Part shown: positions 14,320-27,899 of the stretch, piece after piece
How the letters are laid out: every line of letters begins with the position of its first letter
How positions within the stretch are numbered: the first letter of the stretch is position 1
From: Octopus vulgaris
Lineage: Eukaryota
Direction of reading: 5' to 3'
DNA: 64,000 nt
Assembly: GCA_951406725.2 (NCBI GenBank)
Contig: OX597820.1
Coordinates: 75,640,001-75,704,000, forward strand
Position numbers and translations under genes: made by a program
The notes under the pieces: generated by a model
The model's input: the letters and a program-made list of their open reading frames with translations, nothing else
The model's database searches: none
What the model was told of the DNA's origin: nothing

Positions 14320-14615
14320 TAATCCCGTGACCGACCAGCCTATCAGAAGTTACTACACATCGCTGGTCATAATGCGCTTCGCATTGTTTTAGCCATCAAA
14401 TGACGCCACTCCGCTGGCGAAGCAAGCAAGTCAACAGAAGAGTGAGAGAAAGTTGTGGCGAAAGAGTACAGCAAAAATCGCCACAAACCCCCTGCCGGAG
14501 CCTCGTGGAGCTTTAAGTGTTTTCGCTCAATAAACAATCACAACGCCCGGTCTGGGAATCGAAACCGCGATCCTACGACCGCGAGTCCGCTACCCTAACT
14601 ACTGAGCCATTACAC
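14320..14615 (-). mobile_element. tRNA-derived SINE family D
   Basis: Minus strand head tggctcagtagttagggtagcggactcgcggtcgtaggatcgcggtttcgattcccag has A and B boxes, followed by a non-tRNA body. Inserted in (TA)n/(CA)n. Confidence 0.75.
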
Positions 14616-14648
14616 ACACACACATATATATATTCAAAATATATAAAC

Positions 14649-14852
14649 TGTTGTCTGGGGAGAGTCATTCGCTTTTAGTGTCTTATAATTTAACACACAC
14701 ACCGGTAAACTTTCCACTCATTTACTGAATTAGTTTTCTAAAATTTTCGTTGTCTTTTGCAACCTTTTCGATAGTTGTTGACTCTGTCCCTTATTCAAGC
14801 TGCGTTCTTTTTGTTTGTTTGTGTACATGTGTGTGGGTCAGTGTGTGCGCGC
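14649..14852 (-). mobile_element. Short repeat carrying U3-A8 hammerhead variant (decayed copy; motif at 14738-14774)
   Basis: Colinear with 63798-64000. Minus strand reads CTA TCGAAAA g GTTG caaaaga CAAC GAAA ATTT TAG. Confidence 0.7.
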
Positions 14853-15052
14853 ATACACATGTGTGTATGCATGCACGAGTGTGTATGTGTGTATGTATGT
14901 ATGTATGTATGTGTGTGTGCATATGTATTTATATGTATGTGCGTACTTTTGTATGTATTCTGCATATTCATTTGTTTGCGTGTTCATGTTTGCGGGTATA
15001 TACATATATATGTAACATTTGTTAAAACCTGTCCCTATCGTGTTTTCTTTCT

Positions 15053-15119
<67 letters not shown>

Positions 15120-15490
15120 TCATTATTCCAGTGTATGAATAGTGTGTGAATCATTGAGACGTACACAAGCACAACGGAACTGTGTACACATCAATGTATT
15201 CGACTACGTCTGGGATTATGCTAGGATTTTATCGTTGAGCGTACACAAGTGCTAGGTAACTCATATTGCCCTGTGCGTTTAAATGCCCGTCTGAATGTAT
15301 GAATGCGTTTTATTTTCAGTGTGTGAGCGTGCGTGTATCTTCTTTAATGCTATCTCTTTTCGATACACCTCGTTGTAAATGTACAGATATCTTCCTGTAC
15401 CAGATAACTAATACAAATATAACTTGCACTTTACTCAAGAGAGAACAGGGTGAAGAACATACAGACAAATGCTATACGCACACACACACG

Positions 15491-15548
<58 letters not shown>

Positions 15549-15561
15549 TACATACATAAAC

Positions 15562-15592
<31 letters not shown>

Positions 15593-16372
15593 CATAAACA
15601 TATATATATATATATAAACATACATACATAAACATAATAAACATATATATATATATATATATACATAAACATATACATATATATATACACACACACACAC
15701 ATATATATATATATGTTTATATATGTATATATGTACACACACATTCTTTCACACAAACACACAAGCATGCGCACACACACACTCACACACATACACATAT
15801 CACAGTGCGAGAAGTGAGAACCTAAGTGTTTATTTAAAGCTTCGCGTAGTGAACAGCGGAGTTGATCCATGAAATAGATGGCGGGCCAGCGAAATACTCG
15901 GCAAGTGGCCTTCTCAGGAAATTTAGCAGACATCTTATTATGTATCAGTAAATGTTATCTGTAGATATTTTCGTGTCAAGATATCCATCCACCCCACTGT
16001 TAATATACATTTAGGGACGTCTATATCTAAAAATGCTTCGGTAACTAACGTTTATGTATTTAAATCTTTCTTTGGCGTTTTCTTTTCTTTCTATTTCTGT
16101 TCTGTATTTACCTTTTTTTTTTTTTTTTTTTTTTTTACTTCTAGTAAAAGGGAACAAGATTTTAAATGTGTAGGCACTGAAATCAAGTTGTGACAGGAAC
16201 AACTTACTGCCTCATTGCAAAGATAACATTATTCACGACTCAGATATGTATTTACATGCAAACAGAAGCAGAGACAACCCCACATAGTTAAAGAACCAAA
16301 CGCAGAGAGAGAGGGAGGGAGAGAAAGAGGGAGGGAGGGAGAAGCGCAGGTATATATACACAGGCACAGATA

Positions 16373-16411
<39 letters not shown>

Positions 16412-16448
16412 ATATATATATATCTATATATATATCTATATATCTATA

Positions 16449-16491
<43 letters not shown>

Positions 16492-16689
16492 GCGCGCAAA
16501 CATAAAAATAACCACACATAGACACAATATGTCATTTACAGACATCTTTATGTATGTCCGTGTCATTTTGTAACGTTTCTTATGCGCAAGTACGTCTGCA
16601 TGTACGTGCATGTCTTTTTCATATGTATATCCATACATGTATATATGTGCATATGCATGTGTGTGCGTGTATGTATATATATATGCATA

Positions 16690-17087
16690 GGTGCAAGAGT
16701 GGCTGTGTAGTAAGTAGTTTGCATACCAACCACATGGTTCCGGGTTAAGTCCTATTGCGTGGCACCTTGGGCAAGTGTCTTCTACTATAGCCTCGGGCCG
16801 ACCAAAGCCTTGTGAGTGGATTTGGTAGACGGAAACTGAAAGAAGCTAGTCATGTATATGTGGGTATATATGTATATATATATATGTTTGTGTATTTGTG
16901 TCCCCCCAACATCGCTTGACAACGGATACTGGTGTGTTTACGTTCCCGTAACTTAGCGGTTCGGCAAAAGAGAACGATAGAATAAGCACTAGGCTTACAA
17001 AGAATAGGTCCAGGGGTCGATTTGCTCGACTAAAGGCGGTGCTCCAGTATGCTCGCAGTCAAATGACTGAAATTAGTAAAAGAGTAA
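16690..17087 (+). mobile_element. Full-length tRNA-derived SINE family A
   Basis: A box gtggctgtgtagtaag, B box gggttaagtcc, CORE-like ccttgggcaagtgtctt, internal (TA/TG)n and gtaaaagagta tail. Confidence 0.9.
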
Positions 17088-17088
17088 A

Positions 17089-17263
<175 letters not shown>

Positions 17264-17884
17264 TGTTTCTTTATTAGCCATACAGGGCTGCACACATGCA
17301 GACAGACCCATAGAGAGACGGACAAAAAGATAGTCACATAGATAAATAGATGAATGAGGTAGTTGGGAGAGAGAAGTGAGATGACAGAATTTGTAAATAA
17401 ATATATACGTGTGTATATATGTATATATGTATAAGAAGCATAGTATTCTCTTGACTTCCTTAAATATTTAGTGTTATGAAACTACCTCACAACCTCACGG
17501 ATTAAAGCAAATCATATGATTTCCCTGCTTCAAGAGAGCTCTAAATTTTGGACATGGTGTCTGATACAAATTGAGCTTCAATATCAGATTATTAAACACG
17601 CTTCTAAATATATTTACGAACATAACAAATATGCTGCGCCACGGATTTATTTCCTAATTTATTTCCCCCTCGCACAGGCAACTTACACTGAAAGTCATTG
17701 TAAGATATAACCCTTTTAACAAAACTCTAATTTCGTTTTTGTATTTGGTTTGCAAGCTTCTTGATGCAAATTTGTGTGTTGAAGAGAGAAAGCATGTCAA
17801 CAATGAGGTTGCGAATAGCGGCAAAAGGTCTTTGACTAACAAATGACCGATTGATTGTTGAAACAAAGATTAAACAAATGATCG

Positions 17885-18296
17885 GGATCTTTTCGGTTTG
17901 AACGGCAGTTTTTTATAGCGGTGTCATATGAAATTGTCACCCATAATTATGACCCTAGTATCGATCTGTTTTAGGGTTAAGGTTAGGGTTAGGGTTGGGG
18001 AAAGAGTATCTTTTTTTCTTCACAAATGTAAATAAACCCACAAATGTAAACAAACGATGGACATATTCATATGGCACAGAATGTTTTTTTTACCTCAATA
18101 GACGTCAGTGATTGGTTAAAATTGCAGAAATTGAAGAAAAAAACAACAACAAATATCTTACAAACCATAGAATTTTCTCAATGAAGCCAAGAGAAAAATA
18201 TGTTTTATAAACACATTCTACCAGAATACGTAGTTTAAAAATTTTTTATTTACCTAGAAATTATGTTAAAAACTGCCGTTCAAACCGAAAAGATCC
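17885..18296. mobile_element. MITE with 29-bp perfect TIRs, 8-bp TSD and internal TTAGGG array
   Basis: GGATCTTTTCGGTTTGAACGGCAGTTTTT / AAAAACTGCCGTTCAAACCGAAAAGATCC. Flanks aatgatcg and aatcatcg differ by 1 mismatch. Confidence 0.9.
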
Positions 18297-18932
18297 AATC
18301 ATCGATTGTTTCGTTAGCAAGATAGTTAACCGGCTGGCTAAAAATAAAGAAGTGATATTGAGCAGTACGTGTATTTATTGATATTGGTGTAACGACCCTG
18401 CCAAAACACAATAACTTTAATGTTTCTTTAAGAGAAAAATCGTCAGCGAAGGTAAAAAAAATATATTACTTACATAACTAGCAGAGCACTTTCTTCCACA
18501 TCAGTAAACGCATTTAAATACAGGAAGCGAACCTCCCTGAAAACACGGCCTGCTTTGTTAAAAGTGCAAACGAATGCAATGCCGGATTGCTCTAAATGAC
18601 AAATGAAATATCTCTCCGGTCATAAAACTACTTCATCAGGATTGACTTGCGGCAAGATACAGACTAAAATACGGCTGTATATTTTAAGGGATTACTCCAC
18701 ATAGACACTATTTATATATTTGTGTAATTGATGAATTAAAAAATTGAAACTATGGTTTCATGTATATTTAGTTGTTGCTTGGTGATGTCTAATACCAGAC
18801 GCATTGCGGCATTATGCAACACTGTTCAGTTCTACGTATATGTGTTTCTGCGTATGCAAATGTATATATGTATATGTGTGTATAAATATATACATACACA
18901 CAGATATCAACACAGGCACACATACACGTATG

Positions 18933-18964
<32 letters not shown>

Positions 18965-19909
18965 ATGTATGTATAAATACGCGTGTATCATTCGCACACA
19001 AACACACACACATACGTATGCATTCATATATATGTGTGTATGTATGTATATATATATATGTATGTATATTTATATATATACATATAATGTGTAGGTATAC
19101 ATACATGTGTATATGATGTATATAAAACAAGAGCGCTTCATTAATATCATCAATTTTCAGAGACCATTTGAATAAATTTCCATAATATATTTCTGATTTC
19201 GGACTACGTTAAAGTCAAAGGTTTGTATAGTAATGTGTGTTTATATGTGTGTGTGGGTGTGTGTGTGCGTGCTTGCGTCTACGTGTGTCTGTGTACGTGT
19301 CTGTATAGATACATTCATTCACAAATAAATATGTACACACACACACACACACACACACATACACACATACACACACGCATATATATATATGATTATTTTT
19401 CAGGTCAAATATTTATTGGATTTTTTTTCCTCGCGGCCATATTCAAAATAAAACTTTCTAAAATTTTTTTTATATATTATTTTAAAATTAAAACTGACAT
19501 TTTTAAATACTAGAAGTATATCGTTATCACGGTTTAAAGGTTATTGTCGGTTTATATGAATAATAGCATTTACTATTGAAAACAATGTAAATTTTCCACA
19601 AGCGTATAATTGCGTTTTCATTTCAGGACAACCGCTGATCATATTTTATGTTTTATTTATTTTTTATTTATCTATTTATTTATTTATTTTGCAAAAGAAT
19701 TGATACGCAGCACTTCTGAGATTGGGAAATAAGCTCCTGGCAATATCTATTTGTTTTATCGATTTTAGGTTACAGCTATCAAATTATAAACGGAGAGTGT
19801 TTTTTTTTTTTTTTTTTTTTTTCGTCTAATAGTCAAGGCATAAACCTAGCTTTAGCTGCTGGATATAAATCTGTCAGTGCCAAAATGAGCAGATACTAAA
19901 TCCTGCAAG

Positions 19910-20520
19910 TAATCTACCCTTCCATGTTTCCAACTTCCACTCCTTCCAGTCTAGGGTTCTCAGTCACTTTTTCTATACTAAACCTTATAGATTGCAATCT
20001 AATCACCCTTTTCAGGGATATCCACAATTTTTATTTTATCTGTCTTATTCTTTTATTTTTACGAATGCTCCCCTCAAATCCCATTTCAACTAATTCTCTA
20101 ATCTGATCTTCGCAAGCATGGCATACTTGAAATGAGGCCTTCTTTTTCTGGTGACCATGTCCCTGCCTATGTAGCCTATCTAGGAAAGCGACAGAAATCA
20201 GAGGAATCACAAATTAATGGTCTGAGTAGATGGTCAGTTTGAATTATGGGCACCCTTTTTGCTGGCGCATTCGGTAAATCCAATCGTTACCCGTCAGACA
20301 TGTGGAGACATCTGGGTAGGTTTCTGTGGGTCTTTCACCCGCCTCTCCTATTAGTTTGCCCTCACATCTAAATGTGCGTTTAAGATGGCGTTTTAATCGC
20401 CCACTGCCACGAGAGAGCATGATGTTCCGATAAAAACTCCCAGAGACGCAAAGAAGATTGATTACCCCTTCCATCTAGGGGCATAGACTACTTCTGGCTT
20501 GAAGGAAACTTCTTAGCTAC
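19910..20520 (-). pseudogene. Decayed L1/Tx1-like APE endonuclease region
   Basis: Minus translation VVYAPRWKG*SIFFASLGVFIGTSCSLVAVGD*NAILNAHLD ... YSDH gives the VYAP, GDxN and SDH motifs, interrupted by stops. Confidence 0.7.
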
Positions 20521-20909
20521 TGTTTACATCAAGGTCTACCAACTTACCGCCCGGCTCCATGAGCAGCGATCGTATCCTGAAACGCAGCCCTTCCCGAAAC
20601 AAAACTGCTACACTGCCACTCTTTGAGGATTGGCTCAAAGATGAGTGGAATTCAGTCACGAGAAATGGAAGCAATTGTCCATGTTTTCCAAACTAACAAC
20701 CGGATTTCATTAAACCCGCGTTCTTCCTTGCATGGCCGTCCTTGACAAATAATTCTACATCATATTACACATATTGAAGTCTAATCCAATTTTATCGGAG
20801 TGATTTCTAGGTCAAAACTGTTTTCAAATATAATATATATAGTATAATACGTACACACGCACATACACACACACACACACACACATACACACACATACAT
20901 ACACACACT

Positions 20910-20970
<61 letters not shown>

Positions 20971-21183
20971 TGAAAAGAACTGGGGTCGAGTCATTCGACT
21001 AAAATTACTTCAAGGAAGTGCCCCATCATGGCCATAGTCTAATGACTGAATGTAAAAGATAAATGATATATGTGTGTAGAAAGAGAGTGAGATGTGTGTG
21101 TAAGTACATACACACATACGTTCGTACATAAATTTACTCATATTTCTGTTGTTGTAACGACAACTCTGCGTTCGAAAACTATT

Positions 21184-21245
<62 letters not shown>

Positions 21246-21321
21246 CTGTATGGATATATATATATATATATATATGCATACCCACAATTTGTAAAATTCA
21301 TAATTCTGTTTCTTCACCGCT

Positions 21322-21355
21322 GTCTGACGAAAGAACATGTGAAACTCTGAGTAAC
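21322..21355 (+). ncRNA. Degenerate hammerhead ribozyme motif
   Basis: GT CTGACGA aagaacatgt GAA ACTC t GAGT A AC. Core, 4-bp stem III and GUA triplet are intact; stem II is eroded. Confidence 0.5.
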
Positions 21356-21923
21356 GAATATTGACGTTTTTTTTTCGTCTTTAGTGAAGCATTATATGTG
21401 CGTGTGTGCGTGCGCGCGTGTGTGTGTCTGCGTCTGTGTGTGTAGTTATAGAATTTACCTTGTCTGTTAGATAATTTTTTACCTGTACGTTGTTAGTTAG
21501 CTATCGGCGTATGTTCTTTTAAATATTTATTTCTTATTACAACATATTTCGCTTATCTCAACAAGTTTTCTATTTTTGCAAATAGATTTCTTTGCGTCTT
21601 TTACAACATTTACCCACCTCACCTCATCCCACCCCTCTCTCGCTCTCTCCCCTTCTCTATCTCCCCGCTCTCTCTCTCTCTCATTCATTTCTTACTCAAA
21701 CCTACGTTCTTACACACTCTATACATCTTATATTCTCTTGATTTTATTGCATTCTTTCTATGTTTTTTTTTTGTATCTAATCCGTTATCTCTGCTCCATG
21801 GTGAATAATCATCGCTGCTTAATTTACCAAAGTGCTTTAACAATATGCTTTCAATTACAATCGCAATTTGTGCACTTAAACTCAAATCATTATTTCTAAT
21901 GAATTATTAATTCTATAACGTCA

Positions 21924-21992
<69 letters not shown>

Positions 21993-22136
21993 TATACATA
22001 AATATACATACATATATATATCCATATAGATAGACACATAAATAAATGCATTAAATGCAAATACAGACATTCATATATATATATATATATATACGTATAT
22101 GCAGGTATATATGTGTATATGCAAGTATATATATTT

Positions 22137-22171
<35 letters not shown>

Positions 22172-22187
22172 ACCACAGTAAGTAAGG

Positions 22188-22229
<42 letters not shown>

Positions 22230-22244
22230 TCCTTCTATAATAAA

Positions 22245-22275
<31 letters not shown>

Positions 22276-22672
22276 GAAGTTCATTATGAAAGTAAAGTAT
22301 ATTATTTTATTCGTAACCAAGAAATCTCTTGATATTTCTACACATACAGGTATATATATATATTCAAACACAGATATATGCCTACATGCATACATACAAC
22401 TATATGTATATGTATACATACGAGGTTAAATAGAAGCTATAACGCTTACACTGATTTAGATGTTTGCTAACTCGCACGCACATATGATTGCACATTAACA
22501 TCCGTATAGAAGAAAGTGTACTTAAAGAATGCCGAAGAATGAATGCGCATACTTAAACTCTTAGAAACAAACACGCGTGCGTATACGAACTTATATACCT
22601 GCATATAAGCCATAACATAACGAAACACGTTTGCATGTGTATCTGATGTGCTATGACTCCTTACGCATATAT

Positions 22673-22719
<47 letters not shown>

Positions 22720-22722
<3 letters not shown>

Positions 22723-22927
22723 GGTGCCCGAAAATAGGATTACAGTTATTAAACAATCTCTTTCGCATTCATATATTAACAATTTAGATCTTAATTATAA
22801 AATAATATGAAACCATTATTCTATGCTAATTTAGTTAAGTGTAAGATAGAAATTTAAATGTAGTAAAATGTTTTAAAAGAAATTTAAAGTGCCTACGTGA
22901 TAACTGTAAACTTACTTTTGGGCCATG

Positions 22928-22930
<3 letters not shown>
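22720..22930. mobile_element. Tc1/mariner-type MITE
   Basis: Imperfect TIRs cagggtgcccgaaaataggattacagttat / ataactgtaaacttacttttgggccatgctg, set within (TA)n. Confidence 0.75.
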
Positions 22931-22965
<35 letters not shown>

Positions 22966-22984
22966 TTTTTTCTGTTATTTTTTT

Positions 22985-23356
22985 TTTATTAGTTTTAGTA
23001 AATTGACTGTGGCGATGCTGCAGCACCGCCTTTATTTAAACACATCGACTGCAGGAGCTATACTTTGTAAGCCTATTACTTACTTTATCAGTCTCTTTTG
23101 CCGAACTGCGAAATTTCGAGGACGTGAACAGATCAACATCGGTTGTCAAGCGATAGTGGAGGGACAAACACACACACTCACACACACACAAATATATATA
23201 TATATATATATTTCCGCCTACGAAATCCACTCACAATGCTTTGGTCGACTCGAGGCTATAGTAAAACACACTTGCTGAAGGTGCCACGCAGTGGGACTGA
23301 ATCCGGAGCCATGTGGTTGGGAAGCAAGTCTCTTACCACACCGTATACAGGTGCTT
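22985..23356 (-). mobile_element. SINE family A
   Basis: Colinear with the reverse complement of 62659-63069. Confidence 0.85.
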
Positions 23357-23457
23357 ATTAATACATTTACGTCAGAGCAAAACATACAATAGATGCACTT
23401 TATTTTATTGATCTCTCTATTTGTTATGTTTAAAAATGCATACAAACACATGCAGAG

Positions 23458-23616
23458 AAGCGCAGACGTAGCTGTGATACGAAGTTACCTTCCTAATCAC
23501 ATGGTTTCGGGTTCAGTCCTACTGCGTGACATCTAGCGCAATTGTCTTCCCCTACAGACCCCGGCTAACCAAAGCCTTCTATATGATTATGGTAGGCAGA
23601 AACTGAAAGAAGGTTG
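23458..23616 (+). mobile_element. SINE family A, 5' part
   Basis: catggtttcgggttcagtcctactgcgtg...ggtaggcagaaactgaaagaag. Confidence 0.7.
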
Positions 23617-23659
23617 CCACTCACTCACACAGAAAACACATACACACACAGACACACAG

Positions 23660-23691
<32 letters not shown>

Positions 23692-23794
23692 GCACACACA
23701 TATAGTTGAAATTTATTGAAAGACAAAAGACGAAGACAGGTGTATGAGCAACAACCATGTGTATTACTTTGACGCTCGGGGAAAATGAAAAAGT

Positions 23795-23830
23795 CTTTTA
23801 CGTTTCGAGCCTACGCTCTTCAGGAGAAAG
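23795..23830 (-). ncRNA. Minimal hammerhead motif (CUGNUGA family), copy 2 with mutated core
   Basis: CTTT CTCCTGA a GAGC gtag GCTC GAAA C GTA AAAG, within a repeat at ~23703-23890. Confidence 0.55.
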
Positions 23831-24624
23831 GAATAAGTGAAAACAAGCATAGAGAGAATAAAAAAGAACTTGTAGATTTCACCGATCCAATATATATATC
23901 TGATACATATTTATATATATATATATGAGAAAGAGAGAAGAGGGGTTGTATTGCCACGCAGGAAAAATGTAGGAGAGTTTGTTGTTTAAAATGCACTTGT
24001 ATTGGAAAAAGTTGTAATTATTTTTAAATAAATTTATTTACATACATACCAAACTAATTGCAACAATTTTTGTTTATTAATATTGCAAAGTAGAAAAACA
24101 TGTCTGAAAGATTCAATATTTATACAATTCAGTAATATCAAATATGGTTTAAATCTTCACAGCAAGACTGAAACACGTAGAAGAAAAAAAAATTAGAAGA
24201 AGCTTAATCTATTTGTGATGGATGTAATTTGAGTCCAGGAATGGATTTTTGCTTTGAAGTCACAATGGCGACGTTAATTGTTTTGATTTTAGCTCGGACT
24301 GGACAAATGTGTCTTTCGACTGCAGTATGCAATTCTTTCATTATTCTGTTTCTTCAACCTAAATTATATAACCCAAATTTAAAAGCATCTCGACACATTT
24401 TACGCCATTCCGATCAATTATGACAGTGACTTTAACATATTAAATTAAGCCGTAGGAAATTTCGAGTAAGAATACAATTACTGTAAACCACAGAAGACTC
24501 CCATAAAAATAATTTACGTGTTAACTCAAATAACATTTGAAAGGATTAAAATAAAGATTAAAAAACAGGACAAAAAACAAAAACAAACGAATTTATCTGA
24601 CAACTCGATATATTAATTACTAGG

Positions 24625-24830
24625 AATTTTTTTCATTGTACTACAGGTACAAGGCCTTAAATTTTTCGGGGTTTGGCAATTACATTCACACCAGTGCTCA
24701 GCTAATCGAGGCTGAAATGAAGAAAAGCAAAGTCAACCTCGGTTGGATATGAAGTCAGAACGTGATTAGGCGGGAGAAATACGTCTAAGCATGTTGTTCG
24801 ACATGCTAACGCTTCTCCCAGCTCACCACC
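24625..24830 (-). mobile_element. Degenerate SINE family B
   Basis: aaagtcaacctcgg...tcagaacgt...gctaacgcttctcccagctcaccacc. Confidence 0.7.
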
Positions 24831-24879
24831 TTTAAAATCTTCTTAATAACACCAACAACAATAAAGAAATTTTCTGGCG

Positions 24880-25025
24880 AGCAAACCTTGCAATCTACCT
24901 GCATTTCTTTGCGAATTCCTAAAAAATAAAATCCTGCAACCTGAAGCTAAAGAGATGGACCTGGTTAAAACATTCGATATGCGTAACTGAATTCCGAACA
25001 ATAACACATCTCCAAATTTAATCAA
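24880..25025 (+). pseudogene. Possible very old LINE RT remnant
   Basis: NLPAFLCEFLKNKILQ...SPNL loosely resembles the RT segment leading to PQG. Confidence 0.25.
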
Positions 25026-25611
25026 TAAAAATCTTCCATAATGTTTTCTCATCAGAACCTTCATTGGAACCTAATTCCTATTGAATTCGACATAGACGAT
25101 ATAAAACCCTGATAAACTGAAATGGACCACAGTCCAACGAAAGCTAAGAAGTTCAAAGGTTCGAGGTTATTGCCAACGCTGTTCTTCTTAAAGAATTATG
25201 ATTACATACTTAACGTTGTTTATGCTTCATGAGGAAAACTAACAAAATCGAAACATCGTATAAATTGTCGACAAAGTTTGACATAAAATATGAATCTCAT
25301 TCTTCAGAGCGTGTCGTTTTATCTTTTTACCAAATATTTCAAATAAGCTGGAAAAATTATTAGATTTATTTCTAAGGCTTTTTATGTTGACATTTTAATC
25401 AAAGCCAGAGGAAGTGTTTTTTAAATATCTAATTGTAAATATTAATCGAATTAAAAAAAAACAATGTTGTCCATTTGTGTTCGTGTGTGTTTCTGTATGC
25501 GTATGTGTATGTATAATATGTAAGGTTACATTTTTATATATCTATATACACACGCACACTTTTATGTATATTTTTATGTGTAATGTGTGCACTTGTTTCT
25601 ATGTGTATGTG

Positions 25612-25986
25612 TAGCCACAAGAATGACTGTGTAGTAAGTAGCTTGCTTCCCACATGGTTCCGAGTTCATCCCCACAGCGTAGCACCTTGGGTAAGTGTCT
25701 TCTACTATAGCCTCAGACTGACCAAAGCCTTGTGAGTGGATTTGATAGACGGAAACTGAAAGATGCCCGACGTATATGTATGTATGAATTTGTGGGTGTG
25801 TGGGTGTGTCCCTCCACCACCACTTGTCAACTGATATCGGTATGCTGATGGCCCTGTAACTTAGCAGTTCGGCACAAGGGCCCAAGTGAATAAGTACTAG
25901 GCTTACAAAGAGCAAGTTCGGCAGTCGATCTGCTCGACAAAAGGCGGTGCTCCAGCATCGCCAAATTCAAATAACTGAAACCAGTC
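25612..25986 (+). mobile_element. SINE family A
   Basis: Colinear with 16690-17087. Confidence 0.85.
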
Positions 25987-25988
25987 AC

Positions 25989-26031
<43 letters not shown>

Positions 26032-26035
<4 letters not shown>

Positions 26036-27216
26036 AGATGCGAGGGGTATTTGAGGACAATTCTGGTATACAATAAAATAACTATATTTCAGCATAAGTA
26101 AATATGTAGTTGAATAAACATTTGTGCAATTAGACTTGTTAATGATTTTTAAGCAAATTATTCTATGAAACCATCTTCGGCTTCGATGATTGCTTCAATG
26201 CGGGAGCGAAACTGCTGGCATGTTGAAACTATATGATCCTTATTCATTTCGGACATCATCTGGACAATGACGGCCTTCAGTGAAGCTATGGTATTATGAG
26301 GATGACGATTAGTCTCCTTTTCAACAGTGCTTCATATGTATTAGTTCATGGGGTTCAAATCTGGCGAGTATGGAGGCCACGTATTGAGTGTTACATAATC
26401 GTAAAGATTGTCTGACAACAATTCTTGGTTGACTAGGGTTTTGTGAGAAGGGGCTGAATCGTGATGAAACACACATGGCTTTCCATTGATACTTCATCAA
26501 TCCAGGGTTTGATAAAAAAATTTCCAGTACCTCAATCTATCCAGCAGCATTAATTCTTAGACCCTGTGCGAAAAAAGTGGGGAGGCATCACATAACATTT
26601 ATTACTCAATTCTCCTAATACCATCACAGTTGCTGGAAATTTCGTGTGCATCACTCTGGGTACCTCAGAAGGATCTGCACTTAACCACCTGCCATGCTCG
26701 TTCATGAGGGTTTTTTACTTTAAGTAATCGTTTTGAACGGATGAGACGGTTTTCCTGTGTCTTTTCAGACACAAATTGGCAATTTCTCATTACATAGGAC
26801 CTGCACCGAATGTCACGTTGTACAAGAATTCAGACAGTCCACTCTGACACCCGAAGTTCTTTAGCAATTAACCTCATTGTTCTGAGGTTTTCATGGATAA
26901 TGTTTTGAACATGTATAAATTCCGGTATACTTCTAGTATCTGAGCATTGTGAATTTTCTTTTTCCTCTTTGATACAGGGGAAAAAGTTCCATCACAAACT
27001 TTCAATTCCAACCAAACTTTGTGTACAAATGATCTTGCAACATTTAGAAAGCTGGAAATTTCTAAATCACCGTGGTTTGCATGTATAACAACTATGATTA
27101 CATGTCTTTTCATTTCTTGAGTTAGCATGATAACTTCAAAGGGTTATGTCGAAAAAAAATTTTAATGTGTAAAAATATGAAAATGAAATGCCCTCCAAAA
27201 CCTCTCGCATGCTGTG
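26032..27216 (-). mobile_element. Decayed Tc1/mariner DD37D (maT-type) transposon
   Basis: Minus translation FHHDSAPSHK...WPPYSPDLNPMN has 37 residues between the 2nd and 3rd catalytic positions, then ...FRSRIEAIIEAEDGFIE*. N-terminus is in ORF 26874-27128. Imperfect TIRs cacaagatgcgaggggtatttgagg / cctccaaaacctctcgcatgctgtg. Confidence 0.85.
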
Positions 27217-27219
27217 TGC

Positions 27220-27280
<61 letters not shown>

Positions 27281-27336
27281 CACGAAGACAGGTGTGTAAA
27301 CAATAAGCAAATGTATTAGCTGAGAGACCTGCATAG

Positions 27337-27562
27337 TGTGGAAGTGGGTTTCTTTAAAACTAAATTCGATCTCTTCTTGTCAGGGGTTCCAGATGAACCT
27401 ACTTCTCAGCAGGAAACACAGATGCGGGCAGCGGCGTCGAACTCCCTTGTTGACCAAGTGCCACCTATCAGAGGGGATTTCACATACTAGTGTAGCACAA
27501 TCAAAGGTGGTGCTCCAGCATTACCGCAGCTTTCGGGGTGAAACATTTTTAAGGATTTAAGG
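27337..27562 (+). mobile_element. 3' end of CR1/L2-group LINE (ORF2 C-terminus + 3' UTR)
   Basis: Translates VEVGFFKTKFDLFLSGVPDEPTSQQETQMRAAASNSLVDQ (FK..LD motif). Tail is ggtggtgctccagcat..ccgcag..tgaaac plus tttaagga repeats. Confidence 0.7.
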
Positions 27563-27747
27563 ATATATATATGTTTGCATATATATAATATATATATATA
27601 TATGTGTGTGTGTGTACATGTTGTATTTATATACATATGTATATATATGTATATATATATATATATATATGTGTCTATATACGTATGTGTATATATATGT
27701 ATGTATGTGCATATATATATATATGTATGTGTGTATATATATATATG

Positions 27748-27789
<42 letters not shown>

Positions 27790-27845
27790 TTTATATTCGC
27801 ACATACAAAAACACATTCAGTTATACTTCAATATACATACATGCG

Positions 27846-27899
<54 letters not shown>

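Noticed and set aside
17971-18000. True telomere or chromosome-fusion scar
   Set aside because: Only five imperfect units, and they lie inside a TIR element.
18605-18645. CTGATGA on the minus strand
   Set aside because: No stem II or GAAA at a suitable distance.
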